This document shows positions 1 through 8,825 of a stretch of 64,000 nucleotides of DNA, piece after piece (the first letter of the stretch is position 1; each line of letters opens with the position of its first letter). The stretch is from an uncultured delta proteobacterium. GTDB lineage: Bacteria; Desulfobacterota; Binatia; UBA9968. The stretch covers positions 288,001 to 352,000 of the forward strand of contig CAVSHR010000008.1 of NCBI GenBank assembly GCA_963727625.1, given 5' to 3'. The notes below the pieces were generated by a model. The model had not been told where the DNA came from. It saw nothing but the letters and a program-made list of their open reading frames with translations, and ran no database searches. Position numbers and translations under genes: made by a program.

Positions 1-175
1 AATGCTTGTAGAAACCGACTCGCCTTTTCTCACGCCGGTGCCGCATCGCGGCAAGCGCAACGAGCCGGCTTACGTCCGTCACGTTGCGGAAACCATTGCC
101 ACGGTAAAAGGCGTCTCCCTCGACCAGGTTGCAACACAGACGACGGATAACGCCCGCAGCCTGTTTCGGATCTAG
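1..175 (+). CDS. tatD: TatD family hydrolase, 3' end (partial)
   Basis: Frame 2 reads [30 protein letters not shown]...LFRI*, the ETDxP...RG.RNEP C-terminal signature of TatD. Confidence 0.9.
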   Translation, partial: MLVETDSPFLTPVPHRGKRNEPAYVRHVAETIATVKGVSLDQVATQTTDNARSLFRI

Positions 176-313
176 TTCGAGCGTAAGCTCGGTGCCAGGC
201 GGAAAGGCGCACCGGCAAATAGCCGAACAAGCGGTGACAATCATGAGCCAGCCTCTGATAGTCTCCATGGGTTATTATTGCCCATAGACGTTCCCTGGCC
301 TCCAATGGGTTGA

Positions 314-805
314 TTATTCTGCGTGCTCCGAAACCCGTAGCGATGCCGCCCGACCTAGGAAAATATGGGCGCAGAGCAAGGGCAGGACCGCGATCCCGAT
401 CGCCCAGTGCGTGACGCTGCTCCATTGCCGAGCGGTATCGTCGGCCACGTAATAAAGCAGCCATCCGGTAACTGTCAGCAGGACGTTGATGCCGATTACA
501 ATGCAGCCCGACCTGCGATTGGCACGCAACGCGAAGCCACGGCGCACATGAATCGCAAGCGTTCCTAGCATCGCCAGGTAGATCAACATCGCCGCGCCAT
601 GCATTTTCATGGTCGCGCTTTGCAGCGAAGTCCGGACCGGCCCGAGATTGGGATCTTTCAGCCACTCGGCCACCAACCAGACGCTGCCGCTCAGCCAAAC
701 GAGGCCGAACAGGAGATAAAAAATCCGGCTGTGATTGGGCGCCAGTCGAACCCGCTCGTGAAGCAGCGCCAGGATCTTGCCGGCGCGCTGGTTAGCCTCC
801 GTCAT
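314..805 (-). CDS. 4-TM membrane protein with paired His residues, probable small b-type cytochrome partner of the flavinylation module
   Basis: Four hydrophobic segments; His in KMHG, AIHV, VTHW and CAHI; overlaps the apbE stop. Confidence 0.6.
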   Translation of the reverse strand: MTEANQRAGKILALLHERVRLAPNHSRIFYLLFGLVWLSGSVWLVAEWLKDPNLGPVRTSLQSATMKMHGAAMLIYLAMLGTLAIHVRRGFALRANRRSGCIVIGINVLLTVTGWLLYYVADDTARQWSSVTHWAIGIAVLPLLCAHIFLGRAASLRVSEHAE

Positions 806-1731
806 GGGGTTCCCTGTTTGCTCCCTCGATTACAGACCGGTAGCGTTTGCGAAAGATTCCAGTTCACGCCGCCTTCGGATGGTCGCAATTCAATGGCTTT
901 GGCCTCGAAGTGATCGAGCAAAGCCGCACCGGCTTGCCGGTCGAGCGCCAGCACTTTGGTCAACGCGTCAGCCCACATGCAGGCGGCGGCGATAACGGTG
1001 ACGCTGTGGCGCAGGTCGAGCATTTCTCCCGTGCGCGGGTCGAGGTAGGGACTTAGGAGTCTCGAAGCTACCTTGCGGCAGCGGATATAGCCGCTGCTTG
1101 TCGCCACTGCGCCCGTCTGAATCGTGCCGATGCAAAGAAGCCGCTGCGGCGCTGAAGGATCGCGGATCCATAGAGGGTCATTCCTGGCGCCGAAGATGCG
1201 AAAATCTCCGCCGGCATTGACACAGGCCGAAGTTGCGCCGGCTGCGGTCAGCGCTTCTAGGGCACGATCGACCGCAAATCCCTTGGCAATACCGCCGAGA
1301 TCGAGACGCATAGGGCGCCGCAGGCGGAGTCGACGGCGATCCAACAATTCGATGTCGCCCATCGTCCCATCGATCCGTCCGCGGGATTGTCGCCGCCAGG
1401 CCGGCAGAAAAGAATTGCGCTCCAAGCTTGCGCCGATGGTGATATCGAAGACCCCGCTGCTTAAAAAATGGAGTTTTTGGGCGGCCTCGATCACTTCGTA
1501 AGTCCAAGGGTGAACGGCTACGGCGGTAGCGCCACGGGCATTGAAAAGCCGGCCGAGATCGCTTTGTGGATCATGGGCGCTCATGTGCCGTTCGACTCTG
1601 GCGATTTGCCGAAACGCTCGTTCGATGGCGTGCACGGCTACGTCTTTCGAAAGGCCGCGCACGCGCATTTCGACAAACGTGCCGAGCATCGGCCGCATCC
1701 GGCGAACCTCAGTGTCTGGCCAGCGCGACAT
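802..1731 (-). CDS. apbE: FAD:protein FMN transferase ApbE
   Basis: MLGTFVE, FDITIG, LDLGGIAKGFAVD, VNAGGD, AVATSS and ADALTK motifs; start uncertain (1731 vs 1770). Confidence 0.92.
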   Translation of the reverse strand: MSRWPDTEVRRMRPMLGTFVEMRVRGLSKDVAVHAIERAFRQIARVERHMSAHDPQSDLGRLFNARGATAVAVHPWTYEVIEAAQKLHFLSSGVFDITIGASLERNSFLPAWRRQSRGRIDGTMGDIELLDRRRLRLRRPMRLDLGGIAKGFAVDRALEALTAAGATSACVNAGGDFRIFGARNDPLWIRDPSAPQRLLCIGTIQTGAVATSSGYIRCRKVASRLLSPYLDPRTGEMLDLRHSVTVIAAACMWADALTKVLALDRQAGAALLDHFEAKAIELRPSEGGVNWNLSQTLPVCNRGSKQGTP

Positions 1732-2242
1732 AATAAAGGGCCAGATTGCGGCGGATACCTTCGGTGACATGCTGGCACGAAAGTGTGGCGCCGCTAATGT
1801 TGCGAACGTCTTTGTCCAATTTCAAGCTGTCCGCCGCGCCTTTGCCGATAAACTGGGCGCGCCATGCTCGGTTTCTCACTCCGCCGCCAAAGCTCTCGCG
1901 GTATTCGAGGATTTCGACGCCGACGATCTTTCCATCAGGTCCGATGGCCATCGCGTAGGTGATGAACTCATGCTTGCCGTAAACTTCGTCGACAATCACC
2001 ACGCCCAAGCTTTGATGATGCGCCTTCGCTTCCCACACGCGATAGCGCTTGAGCCGCATGCGCGTGTGCGCGCGGCTTTCGATCTGCGCGATCTGAGACG
2101 CCGATAAATCCAGTTTTTGCTCCAGGAAAACATCCGCCGCCGGAAAGAACACGCGCTGTGCCTGCTCAACGGTGAGAAATTGCGCCGCATGGGCGGTGGC
2201 CGCCAGGACCGGCACGGAAAGGGTATAACGCAACAACTTCAT
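1709..2242 (-). CDS. Exported FMN-binding (flavinylated) protein
   Basis: Signal peptide ending AHA-A; NISGATLS flavinylation motif ([S/T]GA[S/T]); adjacent to apbE. Confidence 0.88.
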   Translation of the reverse strand: MKLLRYTLSVPVLAATAHAAQFLTVEQAQRVFFPAADVFLEQKLDLSASQIAQIESRAHTRMRLKRYRVWEAKAHHQSLGVVIVDEVYGKHEFITYAMAIGPDGKIVGVEILEYRESFGGGVRNRAWRAQFIGKGAADSLKLDKDVRNISGATLSCQHVTEGIRRNLALYYVALARH

Positions 2243-2253
2243 GGTCGACGACA

Positions 2254-3132
2254 TCAAAACACGTACGCGATCTTGAGCCTGAACTCGTAGCGTTCATGCT
2301 CACCGAGGTGTAAACCCGTCGGGCGCCCCAGCGTTCTTGGCCAACCGTGAATCTGCGGCAGGAAGGTAAGCGTGAACCACCATTTTTCCGAACCGTAGTG
2401 GAGGTTGGGGCCGAGAAAATACGCGCCATGCTCCTTCTTTCCGAACTCTGGATATTCGGAATGGTAGCGTCCTTCGATGCCTGCGAACCAGTTGGGCAGA
2501 ACGCGATACGAGGCGCCGACGGTATGCTCAACCTCGAGCTCTTTCTCCCGTTCCCCGCTCGCCGTGAATTTGCTCCACTCGGGTTCCAGGGTCAGATTGT
2601 AAGCGAGCGCGAGTTGGTCGTCGAAGAAGTTTTTCTGAAACATCAGTTTGGTTTCGAGGCCGAATTGGTTCATGCGCTCGCCGGAGATTTTGTGAATTCT
2701 CGAATAGGACGGCTCGAGATAGAGCGAGAGGCCGAACAGGTCCTTGTAGACGCTTAACAAGTTATATTTGAAAGCCACGTTGACGCCATCGAATTCCAGG
2801 CTGCGGCTTAAATTTCTCCCTGGATCGTCGTCCAGGGCGCCTCCGGCGATGCGGTGCGATCTGCCTTTGAGATAAAATGATGCTTGAAAGCGGTCGGTGA
2901 AGCCGTGCTCGAGTTCGAGCATCTCGTCCCAGCCCCGGTAGGTTCCCTTGCCCTTGCCGGTGCGAAGCGTCAACCAGTTGTAAATCTCGGTGCCGCCCTT
3001 GGGCAGGGTGTCCGTGCCATAAACATAGCCCCAGAGATTTTCATCGGCGCGAACTTGGTCGATTAGGAACGGCGCGGGAAGCAAGAGCGCGACAACGAGC
3101 GTCAAGTGAACAATAAACGAACGGTAGTACAT
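2254..3132 (-). CDS. Putative outer-membrane beta-barrel protein (DUF6662-like)
   Basis: Signal peptide, alternating amphipathic strands, C-terminal aromatic residue (IAYVF), GGAGAG RBS. Confidence 0.7.
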   Translation of the reverse strand: MYYRSFIVHLTLVVALLLPAPFLIDQVRADENLWGYVYGTDTLPKGGTEIYNWLTLRTGKGKGTYRGWDEMLELEHGFTDRFQASFYLKGRSHRIAGGALDDDPGRNLSRSLEFDGVNVAFKYNLLSVYKDLFGLSLYLEPSYSRIHKISGERMNQFGLETKLMFQKNFFDDQLALAYNLTLEPEWSKFTASGEREKELEVEHTVGASYRVLPNWFAGIEGRYHSEYPEFGKKEHGAYFLGPNLHYGSEKWWFTLTFLPQIHGWPRTLGRPTGLHLGEHERYEFRLKIAYVF

Positions 3133-3230
3133 TTTTCTCTCCTTCCAATGAGCAACAATTTGATTCGGCGACTGATATCAAATCTTCCGTTTGCCACCGG
3201 ACTCCGACGTCTCGGCGAATTATTTTTCGC

Positions 3231-3277
3231 AAAAATAAAAAGCCCAGGGTCCGCCGTTTATGACGGAACGCTGGGCT
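3231..3277 (-). terminator. Intrinsic terminator/attenuator inside the operon, upstream of the porin gene
   Basis: Minus strand AGCCCAG-cgttccgtcataaacggcggacc-CTGGGCT followed by TTTTATTTTT. Confidence 0.75.
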
Positions 3278-3331
3278 CTGGATTCTCGACCTCTGGCCGC
3301 TTAATTTAGCTCTTTAAAACCAAAAACTATC

Positions 3332-3523
3332 TCACAAATTCATGCGTATGCTCCCCTTGGCATCGAACGGCAGGATGACTTGCCGTTTACAGCGGCGGCA
3401 TTTGATTTCCACCCCGGTTTCCACCATGCGCGCGAGCAGACTGCCGCAACTGCAGCGCAGCGACGATGCGGATTTCGCGGCGGCGCCGGTCTTATTCTGT
3501 TTTAGCTCTAAACGGACCTGCAT
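3332..3523 (-). CDS. Small zinc-ribbon protein, phage Mu Com-like
   Basis: LRCSCGSLLAR...VEIKCRRCKR (CxC-x17-CxxC); ATG directly follows the ftr1 TAA. Confidence 0.7.
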   Translation of the reverse strand: MQVRLELKQNKTGAAAKSASSLRCSCGSLLARMVETGVEIKCRRCKRQVILPFDAKGSIRMNL

Positions 3524-5458
3524 TTACGTCTTCTTCCGTTCTCTGGCCAGCCAATACGATGTGGCGATGAATGCGCAAAGCATAAGACTTTGAGCCGCCA
3601 GAGTTTCGACCGTGGGGTAGATGCCGAGCAGCGGGACCGCTTTCGGTACGCTTAAAGGCGTCATCGGCACCCATAACGCCGCCTGGAGTTCTTTGATGCC
3701 GTTGCCGGCGAAGATGAACGCCATTATGTAAAGCAAAGTGCCGGTCGCCCCAAAGAAATATTTCAACGGTATTTTCAGCCCAAGCTTGAGGATGGCCATG
3801 GTGATGAGCACCAGTGCTGCAAGGCCCGCGGCTAGGCCCCAGAGTATCGAGGCATGGGTGCTTTCATTCTGCAGCCACAATGCCTGATAAAAGAGCACGA
3901 CTTCGAAGGCTTCCCGATAGACGGCGAAGAAGGAAATGCCCATCAGGCCAAAAACACTTTTGCTGGAAAGACTGTTTTTGACCTTGTCCTGGATAAACGC
4001 ATGCCACTTTTTCGCTTCGGACCGGGTATGGAGCCAAAAGCCTACATAAAACAGCGCCACCGCGGCAAAAATGGAAATAAATCCTTCCATACTCTCCCGG
4101 TGCTGACCGCTAAGCGTCAATACTGACTGGGTGGCCAACCAGGTCAGCCCGCCCAACACGAGGGCCAAAATCCAGCCTAAATGGATATAACGAATGGCTT
4201 CCTTCGCCCCCATCACTTTCAGCATCGCCAGGATTGCGGCCAAGATCAGCGTCGCCTCAAGCCCTTCTCGAAGAATGATGAGCGCAGAATTGGTGAAGGT
4301 GTAGTAACTGGAGAGATCATCTTGGCGCGCCAGCATTCGTTCGGCTTGATCGAGCTTGGTCTCCATCTCGCGATGGCGCTTATCTAGATCTTCGGCGGAA
4401 ACTCCTTGTTTGATCGCGTTGCGAAATTCCGTGAATTGGGTTTCGAGATTGCGGCCAAAAGTCATGTCTTTGGCGAATACGGCTGGTTCCGCCAGATCGT
4501 AGCCGTCAATGTACGCGTCGACGGCCTTTTGGTAAGCCTTTTCTTTGTCCCCCTGTTTGTAGAGCTCCACCGCCTCGCGCACGAGGCCGCGCGCGACCGA
4601 CAGGGGGTCGTTTGCCACTGCCTGCAAGTGGCCGCGCCGCAGGTAGGCGAGCATATTCATCGCGTCCGATTCGTTGCCGGCGTAGCTCTTCAGTTTGTCG
4701 AGCAGTTGAGCATCGCTGCTGGTCGCCAGGTTGGCGACGGTGAGCAAATCCGTCGGCACCTTTTTCTCTTGGAGCAGGCGCGCGCCGGCCTTGGAGGCGT
4801 CGTCGGAAAAGCGCAGCGTGAAGATATAGAAGGCGACCTGCCACCGCTGTTCTTCGGAGAGCGCGGCGAAGGAGGCCATTGCCGTGCCTTCGATACCGAA
4901 GCTTGCGGTATTGAAAACTTTAAACGGAGACAGCCCGCCGATCCGTTCGGGATCGGTAAAATTCGCCGGTGGCGGCGTTTTCGGGTTCATCGACTCGCGG
5001 CCCGAGCCATCGCCTTTGCCGGTGGCGCCGTGGCATTGAGCGCAGTTTTCGTCATAGATTGTCTTGCCGATGGCGAATGACGGCAGACGGCGCGGATAAG
5101 GGATAATGTTATAGCCGGCAATGAGTTTTTCCTTGACGCTCATTGCCGCCTCGGCGACAGCTTTAGGGTCGCCTTTGTTGCCGATTCGCTTAACCAGCGC
5201 GGTTAACTCAGATTCGACTCCCGCTTTGTCGGCCTTATCATTGGCCTTCAGCTGGTTGAAAATATCGACACTGCGTTTGGCAAATTCCTGCATCTCGCCG
5301 TACTCGTCCTGGCTCAGCACCTTGCCGTCCTGCACCGCGTTTTTATAGTCGCTGCCGAGATAGTCGAGCAACGCGACGAGTCGCCTCGCTTCGTCGGCAG
5401 CCCACAAACGCGGGCTGGCTGTCAGGAGTAGAAGGACGACGATTAGAATAATCCGCAT
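3524..5458 (-). CDS. Cytochrome c-FTR1 family iron permease fusion
   Basis: CAQCH heme motif; REGLE and REAFE (RExxE) motifs in a multi-TM C-terminal domain. Confidence 0.92.
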   Translation of the reverse strand: MRIILIVVLLLLTASPRLWAADEARRLVALLDYLGSDYKNAVQDGKVLSQDEYGEMQEFAKRSVDIFNQLKANDKADKAGVESELTALVKRIGNKGDPKAVAEAAMSVKEKLIAGYNIIPYPRRLPSFAIGKTIYDENCAQCHGATGKGDGSGRESMNPKTPPPANFTDPERIGGLSPFKVFNTASFGIEGTAMASFAALSEEQRWQVAFYIFTLRFSDDASKAGARLLQEKKVPTDLLTVANLATSSDAQLLDKLKSYAGNESDAMNMLAYLRRGHLQAVANDPLSVARGLVREAVELYKQGDKEKAYQKAVDAYIDGYDLAEPAVFAKDMTFGRNLETQFTEFRNAIKQGVSAEDLDKRHREMETKLDQAERMLARQDDLSSYYTFTNSALIILREGLEATLILAAILAMLKVMGAKEAIRYIHLGWILALVLGGLTWLATQSVLTLSGQHRESMEGFISIFAAVALFYVGFWLHTRSEAKKWHAFIQDKVKNSLSSKSVFGLMGISFFAVYREAFEVVLFYQALWLQNESTHASILWGLAAGLAALVLITMAILKLGLKIPLKYFFGATGTLLYIMAFIFAGNGIKELQAALWVPMTPLSVPKAVPLLGIYPTVETLAAQSLMLCAFIATSYWLARERKKT

Positions 5459-5503
5459 TATGTGGCTCCAGGTCCAATAGTTTGTGCGCCTGAACTCAAG
5501 ATA

Positions 5504-5537
5504 TTCGTATATGCAAATAAAAAAAGTTTGTCAATTC
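5504..5537 (-). promoter_or_regulatory. Promoter/operator of the ftr1 operon (TTGACA plus TTYG-N6-CGAA palindrome)
   Basis: Minus strand GAATTGACAAACTTTTTTTATTTGCATATACGAA, which aligns with the site at 5889-5922. Confidence 0.6.
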
Positions 5538-5888
5538 AATTAACTTGACTTAAGCGTTGGTCATATATGGTCTTTGTAGTGCACGTGGAGCTTGGTAGCA
5601 CCGTCGATATGAGACGCGACCAGATTGTTTTGCTCGGTAGGAAGCCGCTCGCCGTCACCGGAATGATCGGCTTAACCACGAGCATTGGCGTGGAGATCGA
5701 CAGCCGGCCGAGCGCGTCGAGCCGCTCGATGACCGAGTGGAAGAATATTGGTGAGTGAACCGCGACAACTCGGTTCATGGCTTCGGAGATTCGCCGGAAA
5801 TTTTGCTTATCTTGAACTTCGCAGTTCCCTGAAATAGGATGCAGTCTATAGCAGCAGAGCCATTCTAGCGATATCAACGATCAGCTTA

Positions 5889-5922
5889 GAATTGACAAAC
5901 TTACAAGATTCGCTGTACCGAA
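5889..5922 (+). promoter_or_regulatory. Promoter/operator of the DtxR-family gene (TTGACA plus TTCG-N6-CGAA)
   Basis: GAATTGACAAACTTACAAGATTCGCTGTACCGAA. Confidence 0.6.
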
Positions 5923-5943
5923 AAATACTGCTTAGCAAACGTC

Positions 5944-6612
5944 ATGGAAGCCCCGAGAGTTACCCACGCGATTGAAGATTATTTGAAGGCGATCTACCAG
6001 CTTTCATCCGAGGAAACGAAGCCGGTGATCGCAGCCAGGATCGCTGCTGAGACCGGCGTCTCGGCGTCGACGATCTTTGCCACCCTGCGCCGTCTGGCCA
6101 AAGAAGGTTACGTGACGATCAATCGGCGCAAGGAGATTCATCTGACCGACGACGGCAAGCGGGTAGCGGAAAACATCGTGCGGCGGCATTTTTTGACCGA
6201 GCGTTTTCTAACCGATCTGCTGGGGCTGGATTGGGTCAAGGCGCACCAGGAGGCGCACCGCCTGGAGCATGCGATATCGCAAGATGTAGAGGAACGGTTA
6301 GCGAAGTTGCTCAGCCATCCGACCACTTGCCCGCACGGCAATCCGATACCGGGTGCCAGTGCAAGCCCGCCGCCGAAGACGATGCCGCTGAGCGAGACCG
6401 TCGATGGACAGCAGGTCGAGCTCGATTACATTACCGAGGGCGGCGAGCGCGATGTGCGCCTGCTCGGTTACCTGCAGGATCACGGGTTACGCCCCGGCGC
6501 GAGAGTTCACGTGCTCGACGTGGCGCCGTCACTTGGCATGATGACGCTAAAGGTCAATGAGGAGGAGTTTTCCCTGGGAATCGAGGCGGCAAAGAAGATC
6601 CGCGTCCACTGA
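5944..6612 (+). CDS. DtxR/MntR family metal-dependent repressor with C-terminal FeoA domain
   Basis: IEDYLKAIY, EAHRLEHAIS, CPHGNPIP, GLRPGARV. Confidence 0.93.
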   Translation: MEAPRVTHAIEDYLKAIYQLSSEETKPVIAARIAAETGVSASTIFATLRRLAKEGYVTINRRKEIHLTDDGKRVAENIVRRHFLTERFLTDLLGLDWVKAHQEAHRLEHAISQDVEERLAKLLSHPTTCPHGNPIPGASASPPPKTMPLSETVDGQQVELDYITEGGERDVRLLGYLQDHGLRPGARVHVLDVAPSLGMMTLKVNEEEFSLGIEAAKKIRVH

Positions 6613-6631
6613 TGGACGGCGAAGTCGCCGG

Positions 6632-6907
6632 TTAGCTAGCTGCGATTGTGGCGGGTGGCTCCGCGCTTTGCTCTAGGCTGGTTTGCCGCTCGGCCAGCTC
6701 ACTGGCGAGAAATTCGATCTTGTCGCTCACCCGGGCATCGCGGTCGATCAAAATAAGTTCTTGACCATTGACCCGGCAGCTGCCGCTCTTGGGGCGGTAA
6801 CCGGCCTCACGCAACAGTTTCTCGGTGCGCACCTGGATGTTCAGCTGTTTGGCGCTGAGGATCAGTTCCTGAAGACGGGTTTCCTGCTTATTCTTGGTTT
6901 GGGCCAT
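6632..6907 (-). CDS. Hypothetical protein
   Basis: 91-aa ORF with protein-like composition filling the gap between genes. Confidence 0.6.
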   Translation of the reverse strand: MAQTKNKQETRLQELILSAKQLNIQVRTEKLLREAGYRPKSGSCRVNGQELILIDRDARVSDKIEFLASELAERQTSLEQSAEPPATIAAS

Positions 6908-7085
6908 CGGCTTACTCGACGATTAAACGGATTATCGCCAAAATCACGCCAACTGTAAACCTACCGGCAATTTTTTTCCCTTGCAATAGAAACATTCCTT
7001 GTTATCGTAAAATGGCCAAGTTAATCGAGAGTCGGTTGACGGCATTACCGCTGGTGGAGGGTGGCGCAGACTTCGGGAGACAAGC

Positions 7086-7922
7086 ATGATCAAGAACATC
7101 CTTGTACCTCTGGACGGTTCCGAACATTCAAAAGCGGCGCTGGACTACGCAATCTGGATCGCTCAGAAGTTCGACGGCACACTCTTCGGCCAGCATATCA
7201 TCGACACCGTTTCCCTGGAGGGAACTTTCTTTCACGACATTTCAGGCTCCCTCGGTTTCGAACCCTATTTGGATTTTTCGAGCAAGATGCGCGAGATTCT
7301 CGATGAACGTGGCAAAATGATCCTCGAGGATTTCGCCGCCCGTTGCGAAAAAAAAGCCGTGCGCTACACGACCTGCCTCGACATGGGTCTTATCGCCAAC
7401 GAGATCTGCGAGCGCGCCAAGGTTGCCGATCTGGTGGTAATCGGCCATCGCGGCGTCAACGAAGAATTTTCCACCGGACTGCTGGGCTCGACCACAGAAA
7501 CCATCACTCGCAAATGTCCCCGACCGATCTTTGTTTCAACAAAACAATTCACGGTCGTTGAAAAGCCGTTATTGGCTTATGACGGCAGCCAGCGCGCCAG
7601 CTCCGCCATGGAATCCGCGGCGGAATTCTGCTCGGTGCTGAATTTGCCGCTGACCGTACTAACCATCGCCAAGGAAGAGGCCGTAGCGCGCAGCAATTTG
7701 CACCAGGCAAAAAACTATTTGAGTAGCTACACCCTCGACGTGACCTACGAGAGCACGCACGGGCACCCCGAACAAAAAATCATCGAGCAACTGGTCAATC
7801 TGCGCCATGACTTGCTCTTCATCGGCGCCTACGGCCACCGCCGGATCATTGAAATGGTGCTCGGCAGCACGACCGAATATGTGCTGCGCAACGCGCCCTG
7901 CCCGGTGTTCTTGAACAGATAA
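7086..7922 (+). CDS. Tandem-domain universal stress protein
   Basis: ILVPLDGSE, DLVVIGHRG...LLGSTTE; second domain LLAYDGS...LGSTTEYVLRNAPCPV. Confidence 0.93.
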   Translation: MIKNILVPLDGSEHSKAALDYAIWIAQKFDGTLFGQHIIDTVSLEGTFFHDISGSLGFEPYLDFSSKMREILDERGKMILEDFAARCEKKAVRYTTCLDMGLIANEICERAKVADLVVIGHRGVNEEFSTGLLGSTTETITRKCPRPIFVSTKQFTVVEKPLLAYDGSQRASSAMESAAEFCSVLNLPLTVLTIAKEEAVARSNLHQAKNYLSSYTLDVTYESTHGHPEQKIIEQLVNLRHDLLFIGAYGHRRIIEMVLGSTTEYVLRNAPCPVFLNR

Positions 7923-7971
7923 AACTGCCGTTCAAGATTCAAGGGCTCAAAAGTTTGAGGTCGGATCAGCT

Positions 7972-8778
7972 ATGGGGTTTATTGCCGCAGCGGTTCAAAT
8001 GATGGCCGGGAGCGACAAGGCCTCCAATTTAAAAGAAGCCGAGCGCTGGGTGCGCGAGGCCGCCGGCGCCGGCGCCCGAGTCATCGCATTGCCTGAAGTT
8101 TTTATCTGGCGCGGCAGCAAGAAATTGGAGCGGGGACAAGCCGAGCCGATACCCGGTCCATCGTCGCGGGCGATGGCTCATTTGGCGCGCGAGCTAAAAA
8201 TCTATCTGCTCGCTGGGTCGATTCTCGAAGAGATTTCCGAAAGCGACAAGGCTTACAACACGAGTTTGCTCTTCGATCCGGCGGGGAAACTGCTGGCGTC
8301 TTACCGAAAGATCCACCTCTTCGACGTCGACCTTGCCAACGGCGTGTCGCTGCGCGAATCCGATACCCGCGCTCATGGCGAGTCGGTGGTGGTCGGCGCC
8401 GGCGAGCTTTGCGCCATGGGTCTGAGCATCTGTTACGATCTGCGTTTTCCTGAGCTCTACCGCGGCCTGGCCAGGCAGGGTGCCGAGCTGATCTTTGTTC
8501 CCGCGGCGTTCACCGCCTTCACCGGCGCGGCGCACTGGGAAAGTCTCTTGCGTGCCCGCGCCATAGAGAACCAAGCCTACGTCATCGCCCCGGGCCAGTT
8601 CGGCCAGAGCGAGCATAGTTTCAAGACCCACGGCCACTCGATGATCGTCGATCCCTGGGGCAAAATCCTAGCTGAGCTACCCGACGGTCCGGGTTTTATC
8701 AGCGCCGAAATCGATCTGAATTATCTCGCCAAAGTGCGCTCCGAATTACCCGCGCTGACGCACCGCCGGCTCGACTGA
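7972..8778 (+). CDS. Carbon-nitrogen hydrolase (Nit1-like / deaminated glutathione amidase-like)
   Basis: LPE, YRKIHLFD, ICYDLRFPE catalytic E-K-C triad motifs. Confidence 0.92.
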   Translation: MGFIAAAVQMMAGSDKASNLKEAERWVREAAGAGARVIALPEVFIWRGSKKLERGQAEPIPGPSSRAMAHLARELKIYLLAGSILEEISESDKAYNTSLLFDPAGKLLASYRKIHLFDVDLANGVSLRESDTRAHGESVVVGAGELCAMGLSICYDLRFPELYRGLARQGAELIFVPAAFTAFTGAAHWESLLRARAIENQAYVIAPGQFGQSEHSFKTHGHSMIVDPWGKILAELPDGPGFISAEIDLNYLAKVRSELPALTHRRLD

Positions 8779-8825
8779 CCCGACAGGCGGTCGCGGCTCG
8801 GTGATCAGGCCGCGCGCGATTGAAG

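Noticed and set aside
5536-5877. Short ORFs on both strands between ftr1 and the DtxR gene (5567..5758 +, 5536..5877 -)
   Set aside because: No recognisable motif or RBS; cannot tell a real small gene from chance
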